Assembly: GCF_009914755.1 (NCBI RefSeq)
Contig: NC_060926.1
Reading direction: 5' to 3' (one strand)
Length of the DNA stretch: 64,000 bases
Source: the human T2T-CHM13v2.0 reference genome, Homo sapiens
Under the pieces are notes generated by a model. That model had not been told where the DNA came from, did no database searches, and saw only the letters and a list, made by a program, of their open reading frames with translations. Position numbers and translations under genes: made by a program. Positions 60,620-64,000 of this stretch are shown one piece after another (positions within the stretch are counted from its first letter, which is position 1; each line of letters opens with the position of its first letter).

Positions 60620-61393
60620 TAGTCTTTATCTCTTGACTTTGTGATCCTCCCGCCTCGGCCTCCCAAAGTGCTGGGATTACAGGCGCCCCGCCACATTATT
60701 CTGTTTTTTGGTAAAGCACATTGTAATGCCAGTATATACCACCCCAACTCCAAATTCTGTTGCAATCAGGGGAGGCGGGCAGTGTCATTCTATGCAGTAA
60801 GCATTTAGTGCTGGCTTATATTAGTGATACTGAGATTTATTGAAGTTAGTTCCTATTACATAGTAGCTTTAGCATAATGGGCACACACAGAATTATGAGA
60901 ATACTGAGGGGTGGGGAGCCTTGGGAAGGATGCTGAAAAGGGAGGTCAAGAAAAGTTTTATTTAAGAAGTTGGAGGGGGCTTGGGAAAAGGAAAGGTAAT
61001 ATTTAGAGAAATGGATTAGGGAGGAGGTTGGTTGAAGCAAGGGTAGGGAGAATAAGAACAAGGGTGTGCAAGGCAGGAGATGGGATGGACGTTTGTGTAT
61101 TATGTACCAGGCTTTGCTAGGTTACATAATTCATTAGCTCCTCTGGATGGCCTGTGAAGTGGGTTATAGTATCTCTGTTTCGTAGGTGAGAAAACAAGAT
61201 TGGAGAGGTTAAATGGCTTACCTAAGTTACAGTGTGCTGGTAAGTGGCAGAGCCACTATTTGAACCCAGATCTCTATGACGACAGCTCTTTTGCCCATAT
61301 GTTTTGATGCCTCAAAGATCCAGGCCTAAAGTATACCTGTGTACCATTTTCTTTGTTTTGACATCAGAAACTTGAACTTTACCTGATTTCTGT

Positions 61394-61829
61394 ATGTTGT
61401 CATCTTGCGTACGCCCAGTCCCCACGACAGTCCGGTTTGTAGATTCCCTGATCTGCAATTCTTCCCGTTCCTTCATGGATTTGAAGGCTCTCCTTTCTTC
61501 CTTGAATGACTTTGCATCCCTCTCGTTTGCTGAGAGTTGGGACAATGTTGGATTACTGGTGGAACCAAGCCCACCACATACTGTAAATACACTCTTCCTG
61601 ACCAATGACCTGACTGAGGAAGTGATGGAGGAGGTGCTGCAAAAGAAGGCAGACCTCATTCTCTCCTACCATCCGCCTATCTTCCGACCCATGAAGCGCA
61701 TAACCTGGAACACATGGAAGGAGCGCCTGGTGATCCGGGCTCTGGAGAACAGAGTCGGTATCTACTCTCCTCATACAGCCTATGATGCTGCGCCCCAGGG
61801 CGTCAACAACTGGTTGGCTAAAGGGCTTG
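61394..61829 (+). CDS. NIF3L1: NIF3L1 (NIF3/DUF34 family) first coding exon; exon starts at 61368
   Basis: MLSSCVRPVP...AESWDNVGLLVEP...LTNDLTEEVMEE...LILSYHPPIF...IYSPHTAYDAAPQGVNNWLAKGL with DUF34 motifs; cag acceptor at 61367; G|gtgaga donor. Confidence 0.96.
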
Positions 61830-62695
61830 GTGAGAAGCCTCTTTCATATTTGATATTTTCCCTGCAAATACTTTGAAACTTTAGGATGTCTTTCCAGTAA
61901 AGTTTTAACTGCTTTAGGGTTGGGGAGGGCATGATTCCATTTTTATATAATAATTTTAAAATAATGTTGCTGAAATTTGGCAGTTAAATTGCATTTGAAA
62001 AAGGAAACATTTTTTATTCTTATGGAGTAAGGAGAGCAGAAGTCTTCCTTACTGGACTGAGCTTCATGATTCCTCACTTTTGTGGCACAATGCCTGTCAC
62101 CCAGGCACTTGGAAAATGCTTGTTGAATTGAAAGCTCAGGCCTCTCCAGAATACACTTGATTGATAAGTCAAGTAAATAGACATCAGGGTTTTAATGAAT
62201 GTTTTTAGTGAATGTTTACTTATGCCTAGCACAATGAGGGAATGATGGATGGATTTTAGCTTTATTTTAGTAAGTCTTTAGTTTACTCATTTTGGGCTAA
62301 AGCTTTTATGATGATATCTGGATTAATGTGGTCAAATAAAGTATGAGCATTTGCAACCTGAATGATGGTTTACATGGCTAGATTTACCAAGCAGTAGACC
62401 ATTCTGTGTATTATCTGAAAATGTATGAATCAGTCTTTCTTGTCCAAGTTTTTCAGAGATTTAAGAATCTTTTGGAAAATAATTCTGAAAATAATTTGAT
62501 TTTGTATGTCCATGCCAAAGCCCTAGATTATGGGGACTGGTGATGTATATCTAAGGGATGTGTGTATGTTATGTAAGCATGAGAATGAATCTTTTTAAAA
62601 AGTCATTTCTTAGAAATTTTGCCTATAATAGTTTACTTTTAAATCTTAATCTCTCACCCCCCAAAACTCCCATTTTCCCACAATATTTTCTCTAG

Positions 62696-62858
62696 GAGCT
62701 TGTACCTCCAGGCCCATACATCCTTCCAAAGCTCCCAACTACCCTACAGAGGGAAACCACCGAGTAGAATTCAACGTTAACTACACCCAAGACCTGGACA
62801 AAGTCATGTCTGCAGTGAAAGGAATTGACGGTGTTTCTGTCACTTCTTTTTCTGCTAG
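62696..62858 (+). CDS. NIF3L1: NIF3L1 second coding exon (163 nt); gene continues beyond the window
   Basis: tag|GAGCTTGT...GCTAG|gtacaa; phase matches the preceding exon; ACTSRPIHPSKAPNYPTEGNHRVEFNVNYTQDLDKVMSAVKGIDGVSVTSFSA. Confidence 0.93.
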
Positions 62859-63290
62859 GTACAATTTATTTTTCTCTTTTTTTTGTGTGTATTTATTGGT
62901 AAGCATCTTCCTTACAAAGTCTATAACCCTGGTATTTAGGCTTGAAACAAATAGTTTTCTCTGGAGTTGATTTACAAAGTAGCATACTCCTCATTTGTTT
63001 GTGGGTCCTGGAGAACTATGGAATTTTTTCAAAACAATAAAAACGGTAAGTAACACTAAGTATTTTCTATGTCAGGGGACTATACTATGCATTTTACCTA
63101 CAGTATTTCTAATCCTGGTAATGTTCAAAGATAGTTGTTTTTACTTTAGAGAATACAGATAGATCCTAGTGATGTGGTGATAAGGCTTTTATTGGTTCCC
63201 AGCAAATCAGTGATTCCCAAGTGCTTTTTTATATTTATCTTTACATTTTAAATATATATTTTCATAAATCAGTCTTTTTATTTAACATCA

Positions 63291-63661
<371 letters not shown>

Positions 63662-63749
63662 TCAGACCTTATAATTAGAATGGAGTTTGCCTGAGAATCT
63701 GTCCAGGACATTCTCAAATTCAATGATGTTTTAAAATTATCATCTCTAA

Positions 63750-63998
<249 letters not shown>

Positions 63999-64000
63999 CG

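Overview
This is eukaryotic, human-like genomic DNA and very Alu-dense (about 90 Alu copies or fragments by eye). Gene content matches the human 2q33 CLK1-PPIL3-NIF3L1 locus. CLK1 is complete on the minus strand (12 coding exons reassembled by hand to 484 aa, plus an alternative first exon adding 42 aa). PPIL3 is complete on the minus strand (161 aa, plus an exonised-Alu alternative exon). NIF3L1 is present as its 5' part on the plus strand and shares a bidirectional promoter with PPIL3. The left 22 kb is intergenic: nested L1, MaLR, LTR5 and HSMAR1 debris, a BICD2-derived processed pseudogene and a 5S rRNA pseudogene. Y4 and U6 pseudogenes and a solo LTR7 lie in introns. I found no convincing new biological system. 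The best leads are: an LTR5 split into two oppositely oriented pieces that still share one Alu target-site duplication (TSD); inverted Alus flanking a stop-free 225-nt CLK1 exon 8-9 circle; a 233-nt AG-free zone with five CTGAAT motifs before CLK1 exon 4; the PPIL3 Alu exon; and a predicted ATGA stop/start overlap in a PPIL3-CLK1 readthrough. Repeat subfamily names and literature links are from memory and were not searched.
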